From NCBI GenBank assembly GCA_937921865.1, contig CAKZWF010000037.1:343-64342 (forward strand): DNA of 64,000 nucleotides. Direction: 5' to 3'. This stretch comes from an uncultured Pseudomonadales bacterium. GTDB taxonomy: Bacteria; Pseudomonadota; Gammaproteobacteria; Pseudomonadales; Azotimanducaceae. Below the pieces are notes generated by a model. That model did not search any database. It worked only from the letters and a program-made list of their open reading frames with translations, and was not told the DNA's origin. A program made the position numbers and the translations under genes. Positions 1-7,762 of this stretch are shown one piece after another (the stretch's first letter is position 1; every line of letters begins with the position of its first letter).

Positions 1-1
1 A

Positions 2-142
2 ATGAATATTTCCGAAGAAGAGTTCATGGCTGTACTTGACGATCTGCTGTCAGCTTTGCAGTCCAATGGCATCGGTCAGCGGGAACAGGAAGAGCTACTC
101 CTCGCTAACTACAATTTGCGGAATGATATCGTCAGGGTATAA
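2..142 (+). CDS. 3' end of a gene cut by the window edge; the C-terminal helix pattern resembles a group-1 truncated haemoglobin
   Basis: The frame is open from the window edge to TAA at 140-142 (..MNISEEEFMAVLDDLLSALQSNGIGQREQEELLLANYNLRNDIVRV*). Only 46 aa are visible, so the family call is tentative. Confidence 0.3.
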   Translation: MNISEEEFMAVLDDLLSALQSNGIGQREQEELLLANYNLRNDIVRV

Positions 143-158
143 GCGGAAGGAAACGCCG

Positions 159-216
159 GTCCGCTCCTGGCCGCCGAGAGGCTGACAGCAAGCAAAATTG
201 AATGGCGGCTTTCGAG
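159..216. repeat. REP-like palindromic element, degenerate copy (family A)
   Basis: gtccgctcctggcc...ggcggctttcgag. It shares the gtccgctcctggcc head with the copy at 3541 and the gctttcga tail with the other copies. Confidence 0.5.
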
Positions 217-247
217 TAAACTTTATGTAATTCCAAGGATAGGCATA

Positions 248-310
248 GCGGACGTCCGTTGAGCGCCATGGCAACGCTCACTTTATGCCCATTGCGGACA
301 TCGTTGAGTG
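248..310. repeat. Two direct GCGGAC-core repeats related to family A
   Basis: gcggacgtccgttgagcg (248-265) and gcggacatcgttgagtg (294-310), each preceded by ctttatg. Confidence 0.45.
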
Positions 311-358
311 ACAGGTTGCTACATCCGAATGCATGAAATGAGCGAATTCAATCGCACG

Positions 359-823
359 TTATACATCTCCCGACTCGAAGATTTTGCTGAGGTAGTTTCT
401 GAAATCTACCCTATAGTTTTTCTTATTCTGCTCCCACCATGATCGATACCCGGGGGCAAATGTAAACCACCTTATCAACCTCTGTGATTCATACCATTCG
501 TCTTCAGACAAATCCTGCGTCTGGTATTGGTAATACATCGAAGAAAAGTGCCTGGTCGCTCTTTGCATAAGAAGCGAGAATTTAATTTCTTCGATCGCCT
601 CGAGGTCCTGACCCGCCAGTCCTTTCACCTGCAACTCTAACAGCTCTGTGTCTCGCAGAATCAAGTCCGTGTATTCGTTAAAATTCTTTTCAATATCCAA
701 TTTCGCCGCAACTTTCATACCGTCACTGTTCTGTCTTATTTGAACAGCCAGGTAACCTAGCGTTAAAACAACTGCGAGCGCACCGAATAGCTCACCCATA
801 GCACCCAGAGCATCCCAGTTCAT
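359..823 (-). CDS. Hypothetical membrane-anchored protein, paralog of 3675..4133
   Basis: 154-aa ORF. The N-terminal TM segment MNWDALGAMGELFGALAVVLTLGYLAVQIRQN matches the N-terminus of the 3675..4133 product almost residue for residue. GC content is visibly lower than in the neighbouring genes. Confidence 0.7.
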   Translation of the reverse strand: MNWDALGAMGELFGALAVVLTLGYLAVQIRQNSDGMKVAAKLDIEKNFNEYTDLILRDTELLELQVKGLAGQDLEAIEEIKFSLLMQRATRHFSSMYYQYQTQDLSEDEWYESQRLIRWFTFAPGYRSWWEQNKKNYRVDFRNYLSKIFESGDV

Positions 824-881
824 ACGTCACCTCCTTCATTGGTCTAATCGATGTTACAACAGAGTCGATTTTTAACCGCTA

Positions 882-947
882 CTGGCCGAAAGCTGCCATT
901 CGCGGCTCAAACCAAAAACGTCTGCTTCGTGCCCGCTCTTGCCATTG
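882..947. repeat. REP-like element, degenerate copy (family A)
   Basis: ctggccgaaagctgccattcgcgg...gtctgcttcgtgccc. Confidence 0.4.
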
Positions 948-1016
948 GTTGATTCAGCAAACTGACTTATCCTTAAGGTTGGCAGCGGTAGTAAACGACG
1001 AAGTTAGGGGATACTA

Positions 1017-1457
1017 ATGTCTATTTCAGCTGATGATCGTGCAGCAATTCTCGATCTGATCTCCGAATACTCCTATACCTTTGACGAAGATAGGATTGGG
1101 GAATTGGTTGATTTATTCATTGACGATGGCGAGTGGTGTATCTATCTCGCAGGGTCGGACACGCCGGTGCTCAAAGCCTCTTCAAATTCAGAGATACGTG
1201 TGACGCTTCAAGAGGTTCGGTCTGGGCCTTTCAACCAGGCGGGTATGCCCAGACATTTTCAGACCAACACAGTCTTAAAACGTACTTCGGCAGACCGAAT
1301 ATCTGGGCGGACGATGGTAGTTGGAACACAGCAACCGTATGACGGATCACAAACGAGCGTTCTGCTTACGGGCGTGTATGAGGACGAGTTTGTGTTCGCG
1401 GATGCCTGCTGGCGGTTTGCAGTTCGCCGCGGTCTGCTTGACGTATTTTCTTTGTAG
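1017..1457 (+). CDS. NTF2-like / SnoaL-like domain protein
   Basis: 146 aa. The N-terminus DRAAILDLISEYSYTFDEDRIGELVDLF and the C-terminal W-containing beta-sheet segment are typical of the SnoaL_4/NTF2 fold. An SD-like gttagggga sequence lies upstream. Confidence 0.6.
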   Translation: MSISADDRAAILDLISEYSYTFDEDRIGELVDLFIDDGEWCIYLAGSDTPVLKASSNSEIRVTLQEVRSGPFNQAGMPRHFQTNTVLKRTSADRISGRTMVVGTQQPYDGSQTSVLLTGVYEDEFVFADACWRFAVRRGLLDVFSL

Positions 1458-1495
1458 GTGCGCTTTTCAGTCCATCGAGATCAATAGTCTGAAAT

Positions 1496-1560
1496 TGGCC
1501 GAAAGCGGACGTTAGGTATACGGAGTCGAAAGGTCCGCTTTCGACCCGAAGCGGTCATAC
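1496..1560. repeat. REP-like palindromic element, best copy (family A)
   Basis: GCCGAAAGCGGAC (1499-1511) is 12/13 complementary to GTCCGCTTTCGAC (1534-1546). Confidence 0.7.
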
Positions 1561-1593
1561 GGGGTTTGGTAGGCTTGGGCGCGAAGATTAAGA

Positions 1594-2154
1594 TTATCGG
1601 CTCGTAATCAACTCTATGCGATGAGCGATGAGCTCTCTTCTTCGTTTGCGTGGAACATCGCTAAAGACTGTGGTCTCCCAGCTGTGATAAGCGATGTAGA
1701 GCATCGCGCGCATCGTTAGATCATCGCCTACAAAACCCATCTCTTTCAGCGTGTCTGAAACATATTCCAGTCGGAGTTTGTTTGCTTTGCTGACCACTTT
1801 TGCCGCCGCCTTGTCCTGAGCTGCCAATAGCAAGATGCTGGGCTCGGCACGTGCTAAATCATGGTCGTGGATGAGTTCCGCGGTCACCATAAGTCGGGTT
1901 TTCGGCTCCATGGCGAGAATATCCGGATTATTGGTGATTGCCTCGGTAACCTCATGCAACCAGTGCTCTAGAAGCTGGGTTATATAGCCCTCGCGATTCT
2001 TGAAGTGCCAGTAGAAGCCAGCCCTGGCGACTCCAAGCGTGCGTGCGAGAGCATCAACCTTTATGTCAGCAGCCGGAAAGCGAGTTAGGGCATCTAATCC
2101 GGCATCCAGCCACTGCAGTTTGGAGACGCCTCGGTTTGCCGATTCTTTGCCCAT
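1594..2154 (-). CDS. TetR/AcrR family transcriptional regulator
   Basis: N-terminal HTH segment ..LARTLGVARAGFYWHFKNREG.., typical of TetR_N. 186 aa, divergent from the MBL hydrolase gene. Confidence 0.9.
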   Translation of the reverse strand: MGKESANRGVSKLQWLDAGLDALTRFPAADIKVDALARTLGVARAGFYWHFKNREGYITQLLEHWLHEVTEAITNNPDILAMEPKTRLMVTAELIHDHDLARAEPSILLLAAQDKAAAKVVSKANKLRLEYVSDTLKEMGFVGDDLTMRAMLYIAYHSWETTVFSDVPRKRRRELIAHRIELITSR

Positions 2155-2193
2155 GCAGCAACTCTATATCAACGGTTCCGTTCAACGTGGATA

Positions 2194-2227
2194 TCTAGAC
2201 GCTCTTGTCTAGACATAGGTGTCTAGG
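2194..2227. promoter_or_regulatory. Candidate TetR operator(s) in the divergent intergenic region
   Basis: Perfect 10-bp palindrome TGTCTAGACA (2206-2215), flanked by related half-sites tctagac (2194-2200) and gtgtctagg (2219-2227). Confidence 0.35.
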
Positions 2228-2289
2228 CAACGTACATTGGGTCCTGAATGTGGTCAATGATCTTTTCGCCAACGGGAGGGGACGCAAAG

Positions 2290-3540
2290 ATGTTCAGACT
2301 AAGGCTTTTGGTTACTTGCCTCTTTCTGCCGCTTATGGCGAGCGCCGGACCAGACGACTACCGTTTTCCGAGAGAGCCAGGAACCACGAAAGACGGCTAC
2401 CCATTGCCTTTGTCCGGTGTTCCGATAACGAAAACTCCGGTAATCGCGAAGCCCGGTGTAGACGTCAAAGACTATCCAGGACATTACGTTCCGGGCAGGG
2501 AGAGTCTTGACGATAACGAGATGCGAGTGACTGCGTGTGGTTCCTGGGGACCCGCTCCGATGCGCATCGGCCAAGGGGCATCCTGTTTTCTGGTGGAACT
2601 CGGAAACGGCGACACGTTCATCTTCGACATCGGCGGTGGAACGGTTGGCAATCTCTTCGCGCTGGGAGTGCATCCCGCGGAACTGGACAAGGTGTTTATC
2701 ACGCATTTCCACCTGGATCACATCGGCGGGATCTTCCCCCTATTCGACGCCATGGGCTGGGGGCGAAATACACCACTGCATGTGTGGGGCTCGTCCGGGT
2801 ACACGCCGGAGCTGGGCATCACTGCATTGGCGGACAACATCATGCAAGCCGCAGAGTGGCACATTCAGAACAAGCAAAGCATCCTGCCGAAGGCAGGGAT
2901 GACGATCATTCCCCACGAGATCGATATCAGCAAATTCACACCCGAGAACCCCAGACAACTGGCGTACGACGAGAACGGCGTGAAGATCTACGCCTTTCCG
3001 GTCATCCACGCGCTTGCCGGTTCGATGGGCTTCCGGCTCGAATGGAACGGACTCACTTTTGTGTACACGGCTGACAGCCAGCCCAGCACCTTTGAAGCCG
3101 AACAGAGCAAAGGAGCCGATGTTTTTCTGCACGAGATCTTCCCCTCTGCTGAAGAGTTCGCTCACTACAATCACATGCCGACTCAAGATGCAGAAGGCGT
3201 GATGGAAGAACACACGACCCCAGCGGAGCTTGGACGGGTCTTCAGCATCGCCAAACCCCGGCTCGGCGTCGGCATGCACTTCACGTTGGATGAAAACCTG
3301 ATCGATCCACTCTTCCAACGCTGGCGAACTACGTACGATGACCCGGTGTTGCTGATGCAGGACCTGACGACAATCAACATCACCAAGAACTACATTGTCG
3401 TTAGACAGACGAAGGCCGATCTTCTCGCCTGGCCTGCCCCGCCACCAACACTCCCTGAGGGCGCAGATCTGAGTAGAGGAGAGCCGAGCAAGGCAAAAAG
3501 ACCTGATTGGCTGACCGCGACAAGGCTTCCGTCTGAGTAG
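2290..3540 (+). CDS. Secreted MBL-fold metallo-hydrolase
   Basis: HxHxDH motif (ITHFHLDHIGG). Signal peptide MFRLRLLVTCLFLPLMASA. GGAGGGGA lies 8 nt upstream of the ATG at 2290, so the internal start is preferred to the ORF-track start at 2248. Confidence 0.85.
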   Translation: MFRLRLLVTCLFLPLMASAGPDDYRFPREPGTTKDGYPLPLSGVPITKTPVIAKPGVDVKDYPGHYVPGRESLDDNEMRVTACGSWGPAPMRIGQGASCFLVELGNGDTFIFDIGGGTVGNLFALGVHPAELDKVFITHFHLDHIGGIFPLFDAMGWGRNTPLHVWGSSGYTPELGITALADNIMQAAEWHIQNKQSILPKAGMTIIPHEIDISKFTPENPRQLAYDENGVKIYAFPVIHALAGSMGFRLEWNGLTFVYTADSQPSTFEAEQSKGADVFLHEIFPSAEEFAHYNHMPTQDAEGVMEEHTTPAELGRVFSIAKPRLGVGMHFTLDENLIDPLFQRWRTTYDDPVLLMQDLTTINITKNYIVVRQTKADLLAWPAPPPTLPEGADLSRGEPSKAKRPDWLTATRLPSE

Positions 3541-3611
3541 ACGTCCGCTCCTGGCCGAAAGCGGACCTTAGCCTCACGGAGCCGAAAGGCCTGCTTTCGA
3601 CCCACACCGGA
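3541..3611. repeat. REP-like palindromic element (family A)
   Basis: gtccgctcctggccgaaagcggac...ggcctgctttcgaccc. Confidence 0.7.
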
Positions 3612-3674
3612 CCTTCGCTAATCTTGACGTGTAAGCTAACCTGCCACCTAAGTATTCAAACGGGGAACGGGTCG

Positions 3675-4133
3675 ATGGACTGGAATGCGATTGGAGCCAT
3701 TGGGGAGGTGGCCGGAGCGATAGCCGTGGTCATTACCTTGCTGTTTCTCGCAAAGCAGCTTCGGGAGAACACGAAAAGCACGAACGCGGCAGCGCATAGT
3801 GAACGGACCAACCGAAACATCATGCTGACCCTGTGGTCGGGGGACCACGGTGTTGGGTCGATTCGGCGAAAGGCAGAAAGTGGCGAGGAAATCTCTGATG
3901 CTGAAAGAGAGCTTCTGTTCTGTCACGATCTGGCGGCTCTGCGTCACTTCGAGGATATGCACTATCAAAGAACAGCCGGAATCACGGATGATGATACCTG
4001 GGCGGCTAACCTAAGCGGGCTAGTCCAGCGCACCAGAAGCGAAGGCTTTGCTGAGGTGTACGAGCGAGGGAAGTTCGGCTTCAGAAACTCTTTCCGAGAA
4101 CTGATAGAAGAGAAGATGCGAGCCGCCTCATAG
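3675..4133 (+). CDS. Hypothetical membrane-anchored protein, paralog of 359..823
   Basis: MDWNAIGAIGEVAGAIAVVITLLFLAKQLREN. The two proteins share the N-terminal TM segment and the H-F..M-YQ....D..W pattern. The ATG at 3675 is preferred to the TTG at 3624. Confidence 0.7.
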   Translation: MDWNAIGAIGEVAGAIAVVITLLFLAKQLRENTKSTNAAAHSERTNRNIMLTLWSGDHGVGSIRRKAESGEEISDAERELLFCHDLAALRHFEDMHYQRTAGITDDDTWAANLSGLVQRTRSEGFAEVYERGKFGFRNSFRELIEEKMRAAS

Positions 4134-4223
4134 GAGCGGGCGCCGCTCCTTTCCCGAACCTACATGATCATGGCTATAAAGCATCGAGGTCCGAAGTTGG
4201 CCGTTTTCAGACCTGTCTAGGCG

Positions 4224-4285
4224 ATGTCTGCTTCTGGCCGGAAGCGGACATCTGGGTGAATTGGAGAAATGTCTGCTTTCGACCC
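4224..4285. repeat. REP-like palindromic element (family A)
   Basis: atgtctgcttctggccggaagcggacat ... atgtctgctttcgaccc. Confidence 0.65.
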
Positions 4286-4349
4286 TAACTAGACATGAGA
4301 GTCTTCCTCGGCCACCCTTGATTCGGTGCTAATTGGATAGGAGAGATGG

Positions 4350-5939
4350 GTGTCTGTTTCGGATTGGAAATTGGCTCTTACCAGTGGGTTTGCGGTATTC
4401 CTCATAACTGCTTGCGGCGATCCTAATCCTGCCGATCTCGCTGATCCTGAATCAGCCGTCACCGAGACCGTCTGTAGTGTCGAGGCATTTCGCCCGTTAC
4501 CAGATGTCAGGTTTAAGTCTGTAACAGAGCAGATCGAGCCGGTCCCGCATTGCAAAGTTACCGGCGTGATCGGCACCGAGACCAATTTCGAACTTCTGCT
4601 GCCAGAAGACTGGAATGGCAAATTCGTGATGGGCGGCGGCGGCGGATTCGTCGGCGTCGTACAGAACACCTCGCTCATGTTCGGTTCCCTGCAGAAAGGC
4701 TATGCAACGGTCGGTACCGACACTGGCCACGCCGGGCATCCGGCCAGCGCGCAATGGGCCTACAACAACCTCGAGCGCTTGGTCAGCTTCGGACACCAGG
4801 CCGTACACCGCACTGCGGTAACGGCCAAGGCACTTATTGCTGATCACTATGACAAGGAAATCATCCGCAGCTACTTCACCGGCTGTTCGCGCGGCGGCGG
4901 CCAAGGTTTTATGGAAGCGCAGCGGTATCCGGAGGATTTCGATGGCATCGTGGCCGGCTCACCCGCCTACGACTGGACGGGGCTCGCTGCAGCAGCAACC
5001 CAGATAAGCGCGGCGATGTACCCCGATCCCTCCAATTTGCAGGAAGCCGTAGTAGGCCCGGAGGAGCAGCGTTTGATCGAGTCGTCGTATCTCAAGATGT
5101 GCGATGCAATGGACGGCATAGAAGACGGCATTCTCAATGATCCCCGAGAGTGTGAGTTTGATGTCGCGACGTTGCTTTGCGAAGGGGAGAAGACCAACAG
5201 CTGCCTCAGCCAGGAGCAGCTAGTGGCCGTCAAGGTCGTGTACGAAGGACCCAAAGATTCACAGGGGCGGCCGCTGTACTACGGATTTCCCTTTGGCGGT
5301 GAAAGCGCCGATGGGGGTTGGTCCCGCTGGCTGACCGGTGGGCTGAAGTACGATGATGACGCCGAGGCCGGTGTGGACATGGGGCCATTTGAATCGCCCG
5401 TGACGCCGAATGCCTACTACTCATTCGGCAACGACATCATGCGTTATTTCATCTACAACGATCCCCAGTGGAGCTACGTCGGTTACGACTACGATAACCT
5501 CGAAAAGGATGCGGCCCGCGCAGCTGAGACAATCAATGCCACCGATCCGGATCTATCGGCATTTCGCGAGCGTGGCGGCAAGCTCTTGATCTACAACGGC
5601 TGGTCAGACAATGCGCAAACCTCACTCGCGTTTGCCGACTATTATGAGCAGGTCCTTGCTCGCGATGAGTCTGCCGTAGATGATGTCCGGCTGTTCCTAA
5701 TGCCCGGTGTCGAGCACTGCTTTGGTGGACCTGGTCCGTCATGGGTCAATTTTCTGGATGAAATCGATAACTGGGTTGAGTCGGGGAATGCGCCGGACCA
5801 GGTCACTGCGTTCTGGTTGGATGAGACCATGCAGCCGACCGGCTCTAGACCAGTTTGCAGCTACCCCACCGTCGCAGAGTACGACGGCGAAGGTGATACC
5901 CGGGATGCGTTGAGTTTTAGCTGCATTGCAGGCGATTAG
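4350..5939 (+). CDS. Tannase/feruloyl-esterase family alpha/beta hydrolase, lipoprotein
   Basis: Nucleophile motif FTGCSRGGGQG (GCSxGG is typical of the tannase family). Lipobox LITAC. GTG start with GGAGAG 5 nt upstream. Confidence 0.85.
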   Translation: MSVSDWKLALTSGFAVFLITACGDPNPADLADPESAVTETVCSVEAFRPLPDVRFKSVTEQIEPVPHCKVTGVIGTETNFELLLPEDWNGKFVMGGGGGFVGVVQNTSLMFGSLQKGYATVGTDTGHAGHPASAQWAYNNLERLVSFGHQAVHRTAVTAKALIADHYDKEIIRSYFTGCSRGGGQGFMEAQRYPEDFDGIVAGSPAYDWTGLAAAATQISAAMYPDPSNLQEAVVGPEEQRLIESSYLKMCDAMDGIEDGILNDPRECEFDVATLLCEGEKTNSCLSQEQLVAVKVVYEGPKDSQGRPLYYGFPFGGESADGGWSRWLTGGLKYDDDAEAGVDMGPFESPVTPNAYYSFGNDIMRYFIYNDPQWSYVGYDYDNLEKDAARAAETINATDPDLSAFRERGGKLLIYNGWSDNAQTSLAFADYYEQVLARDESAVDDVRLFLMPGVEHCFGGPGPSWVNFLDEIDNWVESGNAPDQVTAFWLDETMQPTGSRPVCSYPTVAEYDGEGDTRDALSFSCIAGD

Positions 5940-5969
5940 AACTAGCTCTATTGTGTCGATCACACATCC

Positions 5970-6020
5970 TCCGCTCTCCATCAGGAGTGACCGGGTTTGG
6001 CCGAAAGCGGACTATTGCGC
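5970..6020. repeat. REP-like element, partial copy (family A)
   Basis: tccgctctcc...tggccgaaagcggac. Confidence 0.5.
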
Positions 6021-6103
6021 CGCACAACAACGCGTCCGCACCCGACCCCGCCAGCGCTGGAGGGCAGCCGACTGGCTACAGCCAGACGGCTATCGAGAAC
6101 TCA

Positions 6104-7417
6104 CTACTTGGCGTGCAGGCGAACCGGCAGCGACGTATAGCCTTTCACAAAAGACGAGTAAGAGCGTTCAGGTTCGCCCACCACCTCGACTTTGTGGAAG
6201 CGTTTCATGATTTCTTCCCAGAGCACCCGCAGCTGCATCTCAGCCAGACGGTTACCCATGCAGCGGTGCAGACCGAAGCCGAATGACAGGTGCTGACGCG
6301 CGTTCGGGCGATCAACAATCAGCTTGTTGGGATTTTCGAACTTGTCTTCGTCGCGGTTACCCGACATGTACCACATCAACAGCTGGTCATTTGCTTTGAT
6401 CTGCTTACCGCCGATCTCGCAGTCTTCGTTTGCCGTGCGCCGCATATAGGTCAGCGGGGTCTGCCAGCGGATGATCTCCGCGACCATGTTCGGAATGACC
6501 GAAACATCGTTGCGCAGCTTGTCGTACTGATCAGGAAATTCGTTCAGCGCCAGCACCCCGCCACTGATGGAATTTCGAGTGGTGTCGTTACCACCGACAA
6601 TCAGCAGAATCAGGTTACCGAGAAACTCAAACGGCGCCATATCCTTGGTGTTCTCACCGTGGGCGAGCATCGACACCAGATCATGGCCCGGATTGACTTT
6701 GCGTTCCTGCCACAGCCCGGTGAAGTACTCGAGGCATTCCAGCAGTTCGGCCCGACGGGCTTCTTCACTTTCGACAATGCCGGTACCCGGTGCCGCAGTG
6801 GCCACATCTGACCAGCGGGTGAGCTTGCGGCGTTCTTCAAACGGAAAATCGAACAGGGTGGCCAGCATCTGCGTAGTCAACTCGATAGATACCTTGTCGA
6901 CCCATTCGAACTCTTCGCCGATTGGCAGTGAGTCGAGAATGTTGCAGACCCGCTCGCGAATCACCGGTTCCAGCCTCTTAAGACTCATCGGTGCAACGAT
7001 CGGAGATACCGTGGCGCGCTGCACGTCGTGCTTCGGCGGATCCATCGCGATGAACATGCTGATGTTCAGCGCACCTTCGGGAAGCTCAGAGTCTACGGGC
7101 AGACCCAGCGTGATGCCATTGCCGGAAGAAAACCGTTCGTGGTCACAATCAACCGCTTTGATGTCTTCGTACTTGGTCAGCGACCAGTACCGACCGGTGA
7201 TATCGGTTTCGTTGAAATGTACTGGATCTTCGTTTCTCAGGCGTTCGAAGTAACCCCACATCTTGTTCTCCTGGAACAGACGCGGGTTCACGACATTGAT
7301 GTCTTCTAAAGGCACATCATAGGGATCTGGAATTTCTCCGCCCTTATCGAAGTTGAACTGACCCGGCCGGCGGTTTTCCTGCTCCTCGACGGACTCCGTG
7401 TTGACTGCTTCGCTCAT
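6104..7417 (-). CDS. Cytochrome P450, CYP153-like (alkane/terminal hydroxylase family)
   Basis: Heme loop FGFGLHRCMGNRLAE. I-helix LLIVGGNDTTRNSISG. MFIAMDPPKHDVQR and EIIRWQTPLTYMRR are near-identical to blocks I remember from Alcanivorax CYP153A. The ATG at 7417 with a GAGG upstream is preferred to the long ORF-track start at 7555. Confidence 0.9.
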   Translation of the reverse strand: MSEAVNTESVEEQENRRPGQFNFDKGGEIPDPYDVPLEDINVVNPRLFQENKMWGYFERLRNEDPVHFNETDITGRYWSLTKYEDIKAVDCDHERFSSGNGITLGLPVDSELPEGALNISMFIAMDPPKHDVQRATVSPIVAPMSLKRLEPVIRERVCNILDSLPIGEEFEWVDKVSIELTTQMLATLFDFPFEERRKLTRWSDVATAAPGTGIVESEEARRAELLECLEYFTGLWQERKVNPGHDLVSMLAHGENTKDMAPFEFLGNLILLIVGGNDTTRNSISGGVLALNEFPDQYDKLRNDVSVIPNMVAEIIRWQTPLTYMRRTANEDCEIGGKQIKANDQLLMWYMSGNRDEDKFENPNKLIVDRPNARQHLSFGFGLHRCMGNRLAEMQLRVLWEEIMKRFHKVEVVGEPERSYSSFVKGYTSLPVRLHAK

Positions 7418-7762
7418 AGTTACCTCAAAATTTACCGGGCTCGCGCCCGAAGTTACTGAATCTGTGATGACGGTTCGATGATTGACCCGTCTTCGGACTA
7501 TTTGCCCTGTCGGTATTGTCCTGTCCCATGTTCTTCCCAGCCGGCTTAAAGACATCCTGAGTAGATGATGGGTAGATTGGTAACCCCTGATCTTGACGCT
7601 GCCAACCAGGGATTACAAGCCGACGAATGTAGGTTCTAATCAGCGCAACGCAACTGCTCGCACAGGTCACGATACTGCGACATTTATTGGCAACAATATT
7701 GACGAATAACAACGGCTATCACATGCCGATCTGACTGGGCTGACTGACATGAGGCAGAATAA

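Noticed and set aside
6104-7555. The long N-terminal extensions given by the ORF track for many genes (6104..7555, 2248.., 3624.., 9366.., 16671.., 17756.., 25302..26171, 26107.., 30590.., 31494.., 38596..39912, 50182.., 51602.., 52185.., 56382..57008, 59602..60573, 63419..63823).
   Set aside because: In each case an internal ATG preceded by a GGAG-type SD gives an N-terminus matching the expected family start. The extension also overlaps the neighbouring gene or has non-coding-like composition.
7688-7702. Sigma-54-like promoter TGGCAA-N5-TTGAC about 60 nt upstream of the HHDH-like gene.
   Set aside because: The -12 element reads GA instead of the near-invariant GC, and no enhancer-binding protein gene is nearby. 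The evidence is too weak to call.
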